Virus record (IMG/VR): IMGVR_UViG_3300048503_000010
Span: 1 to 64,000 of that record
Length of the DNA stretch: 64,000 bases
DNA from: an uncultured virus (IMG/VR IMGVR_UViG_3300048503_000010)
Taxonomy: Duplodnaviria; Heunggongvirae; Uroviricota; Caudoviricetes
Reading direction: 5' to 3' (one strand)
The notes beneath the pieces are model-generated. The model saw nothing but the letters and a program-made list of their open reading frames with translations. It had not been told where the DNA came from and searched no databases. A program made the position numbers and the translations under genes. Each line of letters starts with the position of its first letter. The first letter of the stretch is position 1. Shown in pieces: positions 51,532 through 62,654 of the stretch.

Positions 51532-52392
51532 ATGAGCACAGACGCAACAGCACTTACAGTATTAAACAACGAACCAAGCGCAATCCAACCGGGAGGTCTT
51601 GGAATCGATTTTTCTAGCAAATTGTTTTCTTTGAAGCCAGCGACTATATCAATTGTTCAACCGAGCAGTCAAGTAGCCGATGCAATCAAGGGCAATCTCC
51701 GCATCATTGAAACTGGAGATCAGTTTACAGAGATGTTCGTAACTCTTCTTGTGATGCCCACGGAACAGCGTCAGTATTACATAGGAAGTGCGGGTGAGAT
51801 GAACAGGACTTTGGAGAACCTCATGTGCTTCAGCCGCGACTTGATCGTACCCGATGCCAAAGCTAAGGTTCCTCAAGCTGTACACTGCGCTAACTGCCCA
51901 CGGCAAGATTGGACAGCATGGCGTGAATACAAGGACGCACACAACGGTCAGACTAATAAGAGTCTGATTCCGCAATGTGAGTCTTCTTACTATGCAGTGT
52001 TATTGGACACTGTTTACCGTTTGCCGCTGCGCATGTTTATTCGTTCCGATGCCAAGGCTCCGTTTGAAGCAGGAATGCAGAATCTTGCACGTACTCTAGC
52101 TATGCGCAATGCTCAAGGACAAAATTCAAACATCTTTGACATTCGTTTTAAGTTGTCTACAAAACTTGTACAGAAAGGAAAGTATGCGTATTATATACCT
52201 ACCTTCTCTGACTTCAAGGGAGTGACAGATGATGAACGTCAGGCATTTGGCGAGATTTACTTGCAGTTTATCGCTAGCAAGACAAGGACAGCGCCTGCCA
52301 TGATTGAATCGGCACCGCCAGTTAACACAGTTAATGCTACTCCTGTAGATGCGGTTTATGAGAAAGAACTTGAGGAGGATATACCATTTTGA
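51532..52392 (+). CDS. Putative single-stranded DNA-binding protein
   Basis: CxxCP...C; acidic EEDIPF C-terminus. Confidence 0.65.
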   Translation: MSTDATALTVLNNEPSAIQPGGLGIDFSSKLFSLKPATISIVQPSSQVADAIKGNLRIIETGDQFTEMFVTLLVMPTEQRQYYIGSAGEMNRTLENLMCFSRDLIVPDAKAKVPQAVHCANCPRQDWTAWREYKDAHNGQTNKSLIPQCESSYYAVLLDTVYRLPLRMFIRSDAKAPFEAGMQNLARTLAMRNAQGQNSNIFDIRFKLSTKLVQKGKYAYYIPTFSDFKGVTDDERQAFGEIYLQFIASKTRTAPAMIESAPPVNTVNATPVDAVYEKELEEDIPF

Positions 52393-52799
52393 AAACACTT
52401 ATCGGCATAGTTGTTTTAGGATTACTCTGTGCAACACACGTTGCAGATGCTAGAAACCCTAATACGGTTCCGCTTAAGACGGCTCCGCCGAAGGCTCAAC
52501 CGCTAACATATCAACAGGAATTCGATCAATCTCTTGATACACTGAATAGTGTAATGGCAGTCTACTCTAGGATGGACTGCCATGATCCATCAATAGATAC
52601 AATTTCAGACGCACTTAAAGAAGATTTAGTAAAATTTTCTCATGTGTATGTGAGTATGCCTTCAGATGCTAACACGACACGCGACATAGAGATAAGTTTT
52701 GGTGTTGTAGATTTGGCAAAACTACTCGTAGATGACAAAGCAAAGTGTCGAGCAGAAGATAACCCACCGGTTAAGCCGGATGGTAAGTTTAGCTCGTAA
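52389..52799 (+). CDS. Secreted hypothetical protein
   Basis: N-terminal signal peptide. Confidence 0.55.
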   Translation: MKTLIGIVVLGLLCATHVADARNPNTVPLKTAPPKAQPLTYQQEFDQSLDTLNSVMAVYSRMDCHDPSIDTISDALKEDLVKFSHVYVSMPSDANTTRDIEISFGVVDLAKLLVDDKAKCRAEDNPPVKPDGKFSS

Positions 52800-52809
52800 T
52801 GGAGAGACA

Positions 52810-53853
52810 ATGAATCTATCAGACTACTTGGATACCGACAAACTCGCTAATTATCTCAAGCTAGGGCTTGTGATGAGGAACAAGCATCCTGATTTGCCCC
52901 TATCTCTTTACTGCTATGGACGTAGGGCAGTCTACGATAATATATGGGACTCTGTTACCAAGAAGTGTCGTGGATTGATTGTGGAGAATGACACCGACAA
53001 GATCATAGCTCGCCCATTTGAGAAGTTTTTCGCCTATGAAACAGAAGGACAGGAAGAAACCTACGGACGCAATGTCGAATCTATTGAGAAGCTTTACGGC
53101 CCCCCTACTATCACAGAGAAGATCAACGGTAATCTGGGAATCTTCTGGAACTATAAAGGAGAGTGGGGAATTGCCAGCAAAGGTTCCTTCAGTTCTGTAC
53201 ATGCAAAGTGGGCAAAAGAATGGTTTCAAGGTAATCTTTCTTATGGAATAATTAACAGACCTAGTAATTTTGTATGGCCCATAGGTTATACACCCATATT
53301 TGAAATGATTTGTCAAGACATTCAACCGCACTGTATCACCTATCCGGCAGATGGTTTGGTACTTCTTGCTTTGATAAACAAAGAAACTGGGGAGGAACTT
53401 AACTATAAGGATATGTTAGACTATGCTCTACTTAATGGTATTTCTGTCACAGCAAGGTATTGTATTCCTTTAAAAGATGCAATAGAGATAGACAGACCTG
53501 GACATGAGGGTTATGTAGCCACGTATGCTATACCGGTGCACGCTCCGCTGAAGTTGAAGATTAAGCATCCCAGTTTCCTTACAACTCGTAAAAAGTTCTA
53601 TGAGGATATTGAACTGGCGAAGCTAAATCTTCCGGTTATAGATGATATGTATGAGGCAGTAAGGAAGCATTCAGCAGAACTTGTTAAACGAGCATTGGTA
53701 GAATTTACTCTACGAAAAGAGTTTGCAGAGTTTTTTAACCTGCCTGAGAACAAGGTATACGCTCCAGTTTGTTTTGCCATGATGGACACAGGAATTTCTG
53801 GAAAACATCAAGACGCAATCTGGAGAGTAGTAGGAAACTTGAGGGGAAAATGA
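52810..53853 (+). CDS. T4 Rnl1-like RNA ligase
   Basis: CRGLI, ARPFEKFF, EKING, SKGSF, EGYV, KIK. Confidence 0.88.
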   Translation: MNLSDYLDTDKLANYLKLGLVMRNKHPDLPLSLYCYGRRAVYDNIWDSVTKKCRGLIVENDTDKIIARPFEKFFAYETEGQEETYGRNVESIEKLYGPPTITEKINGNLGIFWNYKGEWGIASKGSFSSVHAKWAKEWFQGNLSYGIINRPSNFVWPIGYTPIFEMICQDIQPHCITYPADGLVLLALINKETGEELNYKDMLDYALLNGISVTARYCIPLKDAIEIDRPGHEGYVATYAIPVHAPLKLKIKHPSFLTTRKKFYEDIELAKLNLPVIDDMYEAVRKHSAELVKRALVEFTLRKEFAEFFNLPENKVYAPVCFAMMDTGISGKHQDAIWRVVGNLRGK

Positions 53854-54251
53854 AAGCTTATCTTGCGGCAATGTATAAAAGACGGGATGAACTTCGTATT
53901 TTCAAAGAACACCTTGAAGAAGCAGGGATAGTTATTACATCTAGATGGCTAGATGAAAATGAGCCGCTAAATAGTCAAATGGGACAGCACTCTAAGAAGT
54001 TTTATAAGACCACTGCTCGTATTGACTTAGAGGACATAGATGCGGCAGACATCATGGTGTTCTTTTCAGAAGACCCTCTTGTGGGAACTGTGCGGGGCGG
54101 GCGGCATGTTGAGTTTGGGTATGCCCTTGCCAAAGGAAAACCAATTTATACAGTCGGACCAAAAGAAAATGTTTTTCATTATTTGAAAAATGTGTACCAC
54201 TATGACAGCATAAATAGGTTTTTGAAAGCTATGAGAGATAGCGGATTCTAA
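53850..54251 (+). CDS. Nucleoside 2-deoxyribosyltransferase-like protein
   Basis: YLA, D..DI..AD, GG..VEFGYA.A.GK. Confidence 0.75.
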   Translation: MKAYLAAMYKRRDELRIFKEHLEEAGIVITSRWLDENEPLNSQMGQHSKKFYKTTARIDLEDIDAADIMVFFSEDPLVGTVRGGRHVEFGYALAKGKPIYTVGPKENVFHYLKNVYHYDSINRFLKAMRDSGF

Positions 54252-54530
54252 AAGGATAATCTAATTAAGAAGAAAGGAGGAGCAATGATAACAGTAGGAA
54301 ACGTTACACAAAAGTTAAAAATGCTTAGCGTAGAAGATATGGAAGAAGGAAAAGTTTATGCAAGTACATCCATGGGAAGTAAGGGATTGTTATTTACCAA
54401 ACTGAACGGAACAGTTCTTGTATTTAATAACAACTATGTTTCAACTACTTACAGTCACACTAATGATCTGTATCTAGCACCGAAAGAAATGGCAATTACG
54501 ATTTCTAATTAAGATATTAACAGGAGAAGC

Positions 54531-55247
54531 ATGGATATTATTACAGAAGAGGTTACCGATCCTACGGCTATAGTAGGACAGAAAGTAGCAGGAGAATCGG
54601 CAAAAGTAAGAAAGCAACTCGAACAATTGATAAAGAAGGTTAACACAAGTGCATTTGACATCGCTGACCTGTTATACTCAGTTAAGAAGAACGGGTACTA
54701 TGAAGGCTACGAGACGTTTAATGCATTTATTCAGACACTAGAAATCAAGCCCCGTAAGGCTCAATACCTTACCCGCATGAACGAAGTTATGGACGCTCTA
54801 GGGTTCAACAGAGAGAAGTACGAACCTCTGGGAGTAGCAAAGCTGCGAGAGATTTGTAGTTTGAATATCAACGATGAGTGGGTCAACCCGGAAACAAAGG
54901 AAGTAGTTCCTATTAAGTCTTTTGTCATAGGGTTTATAGAAAAAGGTCAAGGACTGACCTTCGAGGAGATTCAGCAACACGTCCGTACACTTAAAGGGCT
55001 GGTAGGTGAGAACAATTTGGTGTTTCTACATTTCTCAGTCAAGCAGTCGGTATTAGAAAATGTAGTACGTCCGGCTCTTGACCTCGCCAAAAAGCACATT
55101 GGATCAGTAAGCAAGGATGCAGAAGGTATTAGCCAAGATGCCAGCGATGGATCGGCCTTGGAGGTAATAGCAATAGAGTATCTGACCAGTGCCGAGGAAC
55201 CCGGAGACGAAAAAGTAGAGGAGGAAAATGCTACGACTGATTCTTAA
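54531..55247 (+). CDS. Hypothetical helical protein
   Basis: 238 aa with RBS. Confidence 0.6.
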   Translation: MDIITEEVTDPTAIVGQKVAGESAKVRKQLEQLIKKVNTSAFDIADLLYSVKKNGYYEGYETFNAFIQTLEIKPRKAQYLTRMNEVMDALGFNREKYEPLGVAKLREICSLNINDEWVNPETKEVVPIKSFVIGFIEKGQGLTFEEIQQHVRTLKGLVGENNLVFLHFSVKQSVLENVVRPALDLAKKHIGSVSKDAEGISQDASDGSALEVIAIEYLTSAEEPGDEKVEEENATTDS

Positions 55248-55270
55248 TTTGCATTACTTCTGGAACATCT

Positions 55271-55528
55271 ATGCTGCCTATATACCTATCCTGTTTTAAG
55301 CGTGATGGGCACAAATGCCGTCACTGCAATGGTCGGAATGGAGTTCATCCTCATCATGTGATATATAGATCGCAAGGAGGTAAGGATGAATTGAGCAATT
55401 TGCTGACACTTTGCGCATGTTGTCATAGGGCAGTGCATGACCATAAACTATTAATAACAGTAGAAGGAATTCTGGAAAACAATCTACGAGTAAGGTTTAC
55501 CAGAGTGAAAAATTGGAAGCCATGCTAA
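55271..55528 (+). CDS. HNH endonuclease
   Basis: RD..C..C...HH...SQGG.D...NL..LC..CH. Confidence 0.85.
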   Translation: MLPIYLSCFKRDGHKCRHCNGRNGVHPHHVIYRSQGGKDELSNLLTLCACCHRAVHDHKLLITVEGILENNLRVRFTRVKNWKPC

Positions 55529-57162
55529 GACCGTATCAAAAAGAAGCGATTGCGAAAATTCGTGAACACTACTCTGCTGGTAAAGTCCGGCAGATTTTGT
55601 GCATGGGGACGGGCACAGGAAAGACGGAAGTTTTCGCGCATCTTCCGGAAGAAGTAAAAGACATTCTTTCGGGGCAACAAATTGTGTTACTTCATAGGGA
55701 CGAACTGGCGCAACAAGCATACAGAAAGATTACACAACGTAACCCACATTTAAAGATTCATATTGAAGCGGGTACGTCATACGCAGACCCAGATGCAGAC
55801 GTTATTATTGCAAGTGTGCAAACCTTAGGAAGAAAGAATACTGAGCGAATAAAGAGATTCAACTTCCAAAACTTCGACAAGTGGGTGGTAGACGAAGCAC
55901 ATCGCTCTATTGCTCAAAGTTACATGAACGTGTATGAGGCCGCAAACCTCCTACAAGATGGTGACAAACGTTTGTTACTAGGGTGTACTGCCACTCCGTT
56001 TAGAGGGGACGGACAGCCGCTTGGTACGTTGTACCAAACAATCTCCTACACCTATTCTCTAAGACAGGCAATTGAAGACGGCTGGCTAGTAGACATTAAA
56101 GGGTTACGAGTAAACACAGACACATCCCTTGATGAAGTTAGTACAAGTGGGGGAGACTTCAATCAAGAAGAACTTGCTGATACAGTCAACACTCCTGCGC
56201 GTAACCAACTAGTAGTTGATTCTTATAAGAAACATTGCGATGGACGGCAGGCAATAGGATTTGGAGTAGATATTAAGCATTCTCAAGTTCTTGCTGAATG
56301 TTTTGTAGCAAGTGGTATCAACGCTGAAGCAGTGTGGGGAACAGACCCGGATAGGCACGACAAGATTCAAAAGTTTAGAGACGGCAAGATTCAGGTTCTA
56401 TTTAACGCTCAGTTGCTCGTAGAGGGATTTGACCTTGACACCATTTCCTGTGTAATTCTAGCTGCTCCTACAAAGAGCGGAGTAGTATTCTCGCAAAGAG
56501 TGGGGCGCGGGACGCGTCTTAGCCCATTAAAGAAGGACTGTATAGTTCTTGATGTAGTGGATGCAACACACCGACATAACCTAGTTACGCTTCCAACTCT
56601 ATTAGGGATGCCTAGAAACCTAGACCTGCACGGGCGCTCTCTAGTGGGTTCCTGTAAACTTATTGAGGAGAAGCAGGCCGAATTTGCTAATCTGGACTTC
56701 ACAACACTAAAAGACATTGACAAGATCAATGCTTTTGTTGAAGAAGTTAACCTGTTTGAAGTAAAATTCCTGCCCGAAGTCGAGGCAAATAGCGAGTTCG
56801 TTTGGCACCCGTCCATTGGCGGTGGATACATTCTTATGCTGCCCAACAAAGATTTTATCAGGATGTCGCAGAATTTGCTTGACAAATATGAATTATGTGC
56901 TAGTATAAAAGGTAAGAGATATAAAGGAGAGAGGGACAGCATGGACGCTGCCTTCTCTGCGGCAGATGATTTGGTGAGAAAGATTTCACCAGAGTCTTTG
57001 ACACTCGTTGTCCGTGATGCATACTGGAGAGATGAACCGGCTACTCCAAAACAGATGAAGACAGTAAGGAAATTCTACAAGGGGAAGCAAATTCCGAATG
57101 ATTTAAGTAAAGGGAAAGCCGACAGTCTTATCAAAGCGGCTATAGCAAAGAAAGGGAATTAG
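55522..57162 (+). CDS. Superfamily 2 DEAH helicase
   Basis: LRPYQ, GTGKT, DEAH, TATP, EGFD, QRVGRGTR. Confidence 0.93.
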   Translation: MLRPYQKEAIAKIREHYSAGKVRQILCMGTGTGKTEVFAHLPEEVKDILSGQQIVLLHRDELAQQAYRKITQRNPHLKIHIEAGTSYADPDADVIIASVQTLGRKNTERIKRFNFQNFDKWVVDEAHRSIAQSYMNVYEAANLLQDGDKRLLLGCTATPFRGDGQPLGTLYQTISYTYSLRQAIEDGWLVDIKGLRVNTDTSLDEVSTSGGDFNQEELADTVNTPARNQLVVDSYKKHCDGRQAIGFGVDIKHSQVLAECFVASGINAEAVWGTDPDRHDKIQKFRDGKIQVLFNAQLLVEGFDLDTISCVILAAPTKSGVVFSQRVGRGTRLSPLKKDCIVLDVVDATHRHNLVTLPTLLGMPRNLDLHGRSLVGSCKLIEEKQAEFANLDFTTLKDIDKINAFVEEVNLFEVKFLPEVEANSEFVWHPSIGGGYILMLPNKDFIRMSQNLLDKYELCASIKGKRYKGERDSMDAAFSAADDLVRKISPESLTLVVRDAYWRDEPATPKQMKTVRKFYKGKQIPNDLSKGKADSLIKAAIAKKGN

Positions 57163-58368
57163 GAGCTAACAACCATGACAAGCAAAGAGAAAGTCTTACA
57201 AGTGTACCCTAACGCATGGTCTCAAAGGGGTATCGGTACTGCAACGCGGGGATACATTTGGGCAGGTGACGAGTCTACTCGCAAATTGGTAGACATGGAC
57301 AAAACAAGGCTGCGGGAGTCGGAATTATGGCTCGGAGCGTGGCGAAGAGTTCAAGAGACTCTTAAGGAGAGAGCAAAAGAGAACCGTAGGATAGCTAAAG
57401 CGTTCTCTTGGTAGCATCCTAACAGGTGCACTATCGCACCAAACCGAAGTACATCATGCAAGAGAATAAACACCAATGCAAAGAAAGGAACAAAATGAGA
57501 GAGTTAAGCAGAATTCAGTTTGATATTCTACAGCAAATGATAGAGGTTGGCAGTCCAATCGTTCTTATCCAAGAACCCCTTGAGTCCGACCCCGCTGAAG
57601 CGAAGCGTCAAAATTCCGCTGCATTGGCAGACCTTGATGATATAGTCGAGATGGGCTTTCTTACTGATATATCAGAGGAATTTAAGGACTGCGAACGTGT
57701 AGTCCATGGATATATGATGACAGAGGCTGCTATTATTATGTTTCATCCAGCAGCAGCAGGAGGGGTAAACTAATGAAGATTCAGCGAAGGGAGGAAACGC
57801 ATGGCTCTTGACGTTAACGCGAAGTACCTTATGAAGTTGTGCAGCCGAGACGCGGACACCGATGGATGGACGCCAGTATCTGATCAAGTCTGGCCGTTCC
57901 TCGACATGATTCCTGATGAGCTAATGGAAAAGCACGCTGGAGCATCTGGCGGGAAAGTACGTCTCACAGACAAAGGGGTAACGGTTCTTTTTTATATCTA
58001 ACCGAATGCAATGTTTAAGGAGGTCAATAATGGCATGGTTCAATCGTAAGTGCTACCGTGATCGCTCCCATCATGGTAGGTGCTACCGTACCTACGCTGG
58101 TACAACGGTTAATATGTGGGCGATTAGTGTACTGGCCTGCTGTCTACGTATCATCAAAAAGGAGAGAGGATGACACAGGAAGAAAAAAAGTGGATTGATG
58201 AGGCTAGTTTAGTGGTGCTTCTAGGAAAATGGAGGTTTTCTCCTATTGGAGACCCTTATTTCCGGGACTCGGACCGGGGGAACTATTTTGCGAAAGTAAT
58301 GTCAGAGAAACGTAGTGCCGATCCCGATGGATGGGTTCACGCCTCAAAAAATTTAGGATGGGACTAAG

Positions 58369-59550
58369 ATGGAGAAGAAAGCTAATCATCAAGCAAATAT
58401 TGTGGTTGTGAAGGAGGTTCTGCCTCACACCAACGCGGACACGTTAGAGATAATTCCTATAGGTGAATATCAAGTTGTGTCCAAAAAAGGACAGTTTAAG
58501 GTTGGAGAGTTCGCAGTTTACATTCAACCAGATTCGGTCGTACCACAAACAGAATCTTTCAGGTTTATCTGGGAAAGTTATGTAGACCCTATTAATTCTG
58601 ATGCCCCTATCTCTGACAGAAGGCGTCGAATTACTGTTCGTAAGTTCCGTGGCGAGTGGTCTGAAGGACTGCTTATGCCAGTGTACGATTTTGATGAATT
58701 GGTAGACAGTACCTTAACTAGACAGTTTGTAGAGTCTGACTGGCGTGAAGGAACAGATGTATCTGATACACTTGGAATCACACACTATGACCCGGACGAA
58801 GGAGTAGAACGTACAGACGGAGATCAGGGAGCAGCACCCAGAGGCAAGCGCCGTTGGCCGCGCTCTATCAATGGCTGGATTAAGATGATCTGGCGGTATG
58901 TTACCTTCACCCGTGGACAGGAGAAATTCCTAGAAGATGCTGGTAAACTATGTATACCAATTTATGACGTAGATGCTCTGAAAAATTACCCTAACGTCTT
59001 CCGAGAAGGTGAACCAGTCATAGTCACAGAGAAGATTCATGGCAGCAATGCGCGGTTTATTTTCACGGATGGTATGCTGTACGCTGGCTCTCATAAGCAG
59101 TGGACAAGTCCGAGTTCCAACTCAATCTTTAGGAAGGTGCTGAAGTCTCAGCCTTGGATTGAAGAATGGTGCCGAGCACATGAGGACTACGTTCTTTGGG
59201 GAGAGGTAACTCCTACCCAAAAGGGCTATGAATACGGAAGCAAAGACCCACAACTGTTCGTCTTTGATGTGCGTCATCCAGATGGTCACTGGCTCAGCTA
59301 TGACAAGGAAGATGAGAGTGTTACTCTGCAACAGTTGTGGACACGCTCTGTGCCGATGCTTTTCTTTAAGGTTCCATACAGCAAAGAAGGTATTATGAAG
59401 ATTGTTGATGGGATTTCATATGTGCATGGTGCTACAAATATGAGAGAAGGCGTGGTCATCAAAGCGTTTCCGGAGAGACATGTTCGCGGCGTCGGGAGAG
59501 CACAATTGAAGATTGTGAGCAAAGTTTTTCTAGAAAAGGATAATAAGTAG
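58369..59550 (+). CDS. RNA ligase, DRB0094/Rnl2-like
   Basis: PH.NAD.LE, RG..SEGL, TEKIHG.N, GE, FD, REGVV. Confidence 0.88.
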   Translation: MEKKANHQANIVVVKEVLPHTNADTLEIIPIGEYQVVSKKGQFKVGEFAVYIQPDSVVPQTESFRFIWESYVDPINSDAPISDRRRRITVRKFRGEWSEGLLMPVYDFDELVDSTLTRQFVESDWREGTDVSDTLGITHYDPDEGVERTDGDQGAAPRGKRRWPRSINGWIKMIWRYVTFTRGQEKFLEDAGKLCIPIYDVDALKNYPNVFREGEPVIVTEKIHGSNARFIFTDGMLYAGSHKQWTSPSSNSIFRKVLKSQPWIEEWCRAHEDYVLWGEVTPTQKGYEYGSKDPQLFVFDVRHPDGHWLSYDKEDESVTLQQLWTRSVPMLFFKVPYSKEGIMKIVDGISYVHGATNMREGVVIKAFPERHVRGVGRAQLKIVSKVFLEKDNK

Positions 59551-59628
59551 CAAGGCCGGTTAACTTCGGCCTTGACTATTTTTAGGGATTGTGGTACAAT
59601 GGTTTCAACGATTGATGAAAAGGGGAAA

Positions 59629-61659
59629 ATGCTGAACATACCAGAGTCAATGGAAGGTTCTGAACTTCTGCAAATACTAATACAAAGAGGAATTACTTTT
59701 AAATTAGGAACTTCTCCTAATTTGGAACTAGAAACTTGTCCATTCTGCAATAAGACTGGTTATGGTCATTTTTATATAGAATGTCATGGAAAAAGCAGCC
59801 AAAGTCCACAACGCAACGGCTTATTCTTATGTCAAAAATGTGGAAAATCAGGAAATTTATATTCTTTAAAACAGCACTGGGGAATCGCTAAACCAGATAT
59901 TACGTCAACTTCCGAGTGGGCCAGTAAAGAAAAGAAGATTGATCCCCTTCCTGATGTAGAAGCGTGTCATCTGGCACTAATGGCTGACAGCGATGCTCTT
60001 GACTATCTTGTGAATATTCGGGGATTCTCACTTGCAATTATACAGCAACAAAAACTTGGACTTGCACAGCAGACATTCAAGGAAACAGGTTCTGTTCGTG
60101 CCCTTGTCATCCCTTATTTACTAAATGGTAACTGTGTGTGGGCTAAGTATCGCACAATGCCCGATCCAAACGATTTAAAGAAGATTCCAAAGGCGTTTGC
60201 TGCTCCTCATGGTTGGGACAGTACGCTGTACAACATTAGTGCACTTCAAGGAAACACTTCAGAAATCATTCTTGTAGAGGGAGAATGCAATACAATTGCA
60301 GCATTGGACAAGGGAATTATTAATGTCTGCGGTGTGCCGGGAGCCAACGTTAAAAAGGCTGAATGGATTGAAAAATTAGAGCTAGTAGAGCGTGTTTACA
60401 TCTGCTACGATGCCGACAAAGTAGGACAGAATGCTGCTCAAGAGATCGCTAAACGAATCGGTATCGAGAAATGCTGGAAGATTGTACTTCCCGTCTTTGT
60501 GGTTATTACTGACACCGGTAAGGAGCGCAAAGGTAAAGACCTAAATGAGTGGTTTACCCATGGAGGAACAGCCGAGAAATTTGATAAACTAAGAGACGAA
60601 GCTACTCTATTCGATGTTGAAGGTGTTAAAAACAGTGTAGATGCTCTTGATGAATTTGAAGACGAATTAAATGAAAAGGGAGCAAGTGCAAAATATGTTT
60701 GGCCTTTAGTAGAAGAACTAGCACAGTTTGAAGAGGGAGATGTCGTAGATATTTTGGGAGGTGAGAAGCAGGGTAAGACGACTGTTGGTCTAAACTTGAT
60801 GGAATACATGGTAAGTACCTATGGAGACAATGGTGTAATCATTTGCCTAGAGATGCGCCGTGCAAGACTGGTTCGCAAATGGTTGTGCCACAAGTGTGGC
60901 ATAGAAGACAATCTTCCCAAGAACGACGACGAGAAGCTTGCACTGACTCAGCAGTTCAAGGATGCTATCCCCAAGATCAAGGAAGTTATTGCTAACCGAG
61001 AGGGTGACCTTCTGTTCTGCTACCCGGACTACCAAACCGAGGAAGACATTTACAAGCTGATGATTGATTGTATCCGGCGCTATGGTGTCAAGTGGATTAT
61101 GCTTGACAATTTGCAGCTTATATGCGATACTACAATCAAAGGTAAGAACCGGACGCAGCATTTGTCCGAGATTAGTAAACGAGTTGCCAAGATAGGAAAA
61201 GATTATGGGTGTCAAATTATTAGGCTGCTCCAACCCCACCGAATCGCAGATACTAAACTTGCTACAAGCGATTCTGTCGATGGTGCCAGTCAAATCGCCA
61301 AAGACTGCGACTGCATGTTCGTCATCAACCGTAACAAAACTGGAGAGATCAGTAAGGAGACATTTGCACAAGGCGGTTTTATACAAACAGAAGGCTCTTT
61401 CGGCCCAGAGATGCTTGTCAGTGCAGGACTCTCTCGATATTCTTCTGGAGGATCAACCACCCTGTACTTTAATGGGGCTACCAGTACAGTGTACAAGCTT
61501 ACAGAAGGGAAGATCGCAGCTATGAACGCTAAGGCTAATCCAAATGTAGGTTATGAGAAGCAGTTGACTGCCATGGGAGCACCCCTCGACAACCTTAAAC
61601 AAGTTCTTGGTGAAACATTACCAGTAATGGATGTGCCGGAAGGAGAAATCATTGTCTAA
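59629..61659 (+). CDS. Primase-helicase (T7 gp4/Twinkle-like)
   Basis: CPFC zinc finger; TOPRIM VEGE and YDAD; KDLNE; GKTT; LEM; LDNL. Confidence 0.9.
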   Translation: MLNIPESMEGSELLQILIQRGITFKLGTSPNLELETCPFCNKTGYGHFYIECHGKSSQSPQRNGLFLCQKCGKSGNLYSLKQHWGIAKPDITSTSEWASKEKKIDPLPDVEACHLALMADSDALDYLVNIRGFSLAIIQQQKLGLAQQTFKETGSVRALVIPYLLNGNCVWAKYRTMPDPNDLKKIPKAFAAPHGWDSTLYNISALQGNTSEIILVEGECNTIAALDKGIINVCGVPGANVKKAEWIEKLELVERVYICYDADKVGQNAAQEIAKRIGIEKCWKIVLPVFVVITDTGKERKGKDLNEWFTHGGTAEKFDKLRDEATLFDVEGVKNSVDALDEFEDELNEKGASAKYVWPLVEELAQFEEGDVVDILGGEKQGKTTVGLNLMEYMVSTYGDNGVIICLEMRRARLVRKWLCHKCGIEDNLPKNDDEKLALTQQFKDAIPKIKEVIANREGDLLFCYPDYQTEEDIYKLMIDCIRRYGVKWIMLDNLQLICDTTIKGKNRTQHLSEISKRVAKIGKDYGCQIIRLLQPHRIADTKLATSDSVDGASQIAKDCDCMFVINRNKTGEISKETFAQGGFIQTEGSFGPEMLVSAGLSRYSSGGSTTLYFNGATSTVYKLTEGKIAAMNAKANPNVGYEKQLTAMGAPLDNLKQVLGETLPVMDVPEGEIIV

Positions 61660-62230
61660 CGTTGACACATATATGAACCAGTGTACAAATTACTTGAGCG
61701 AACGAGCGAAGGATGTTGTATATACATTCAAAGAGTATGATATACGAAGACCAAAAGACATCCTTAGAGTAACTGGATTCAAGAATCGCTTTCTAGACCT
61801 TGGAGCATATCGAAAAGTTTATAAACTAAGCGATTTTCCTCTTGTGGTAAAATTTCCTATACATATCCCCAATGAAGAGGGGTTTGAAGAAGATTGCCAA
61901 CATTCTGTACTAGAATATAAAGCGTATAAGAAGATATTGAGCAGGAATAGAATATACGCAAGATTAATACCATATCTTCCAAAGCTTTACTATATAAACC
62001 CAAAGACAGGGGTTTTACTCTCACACTACTATAGACCGATTCTGAACACAAAGTTTAGAAAGCTTGGGGACTCAATAGCATTATTGCTATCGGATATTGT
62101 TGAACTTTCATGGAAGAGGGTGGAAAAATTAAAACCAAATTCTGAACTAGATGTACATTCTGGTAATCTTGGACTTGACGAAAACGGTAGGATAAAGATC
62201 ATAGATATGGGATACTTTTTTAAGAACTAA
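61631..62230 (+). CDS. Protein-kinase-like fold protein
   Basis: GAYRKVY, VVK, E, DVHSGN, IIDMG. Confidence 0.75.
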   Translation: MCRKEKSLSNVDTYMNQCTNYLSERAKDVVYTFKEYDIRRPKDILRVTGFKNRFLDLGAYRKVYKLSDFPLVVKFPIHIPNEEGFEEDCQHSVLEYKAYKKILSRNRIYARLIPYLPKLYYINPKTGVLLSHYYRPILNTKFRKLGDSIALLLSDIVELSWKRVEKLKPNSELDVHSGNLGLDENGRIKIIDMGYFFKN

Positions 62231-62237
62231 GGAAAGG

Positions 62238-62654
62238 ATGACTAAACAGGAAAAAGCAAAAGACGCAAGACTAAGAAGGGAATTCAACACAAACTTAGAC
62301 GAATACAATCAAGTACTCAAATACCAAGGATTTTCTTGTGCTATTTGCAAGCGTAAAGTCAACAAAAAAGGACGTGGACTCATTTTATGTGTAGATCATT
62401 GCCACAAAAAAGGACTTGTTCGTGGCCTCCTTTGCTGGACTTGCAACAAAGCTTTGGCGATATTTCAAGACGATGTTGATAGATTGTTAGCAGCAGCCGA
62501 GTACATAAAGAATCCTCCATTTACAGTAGTTTTAGGAAGGGAAGTAATCACGGCACCGGGAAGAATAGGAAGCAAGGCGAGAGCTAAGGTTCTAAATAAA
62601 ATGAGGAAGGAAGGATTGCAGGGGAGTTATGGGAAAGAAAAAAAATCAAAGTGA
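62238..62654 (+). CDS. Endonuclease VII family protein
   Basis: CAIC, VDHCH, VRGLLC..CN. Confidence 0.9.
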   Translation: MTKQEKAKDARLRREFNTNLDEYNQVLKYQGFSCAICKRKVNKKGRGLILCVDHCHKKGLVRGLLCWTCNKALAIFQDDVDRLLAAAEYIKNPPFTVVLGREVITAPGRIGSKARAKVLNKMRKEGLQGSYGKEKKSK

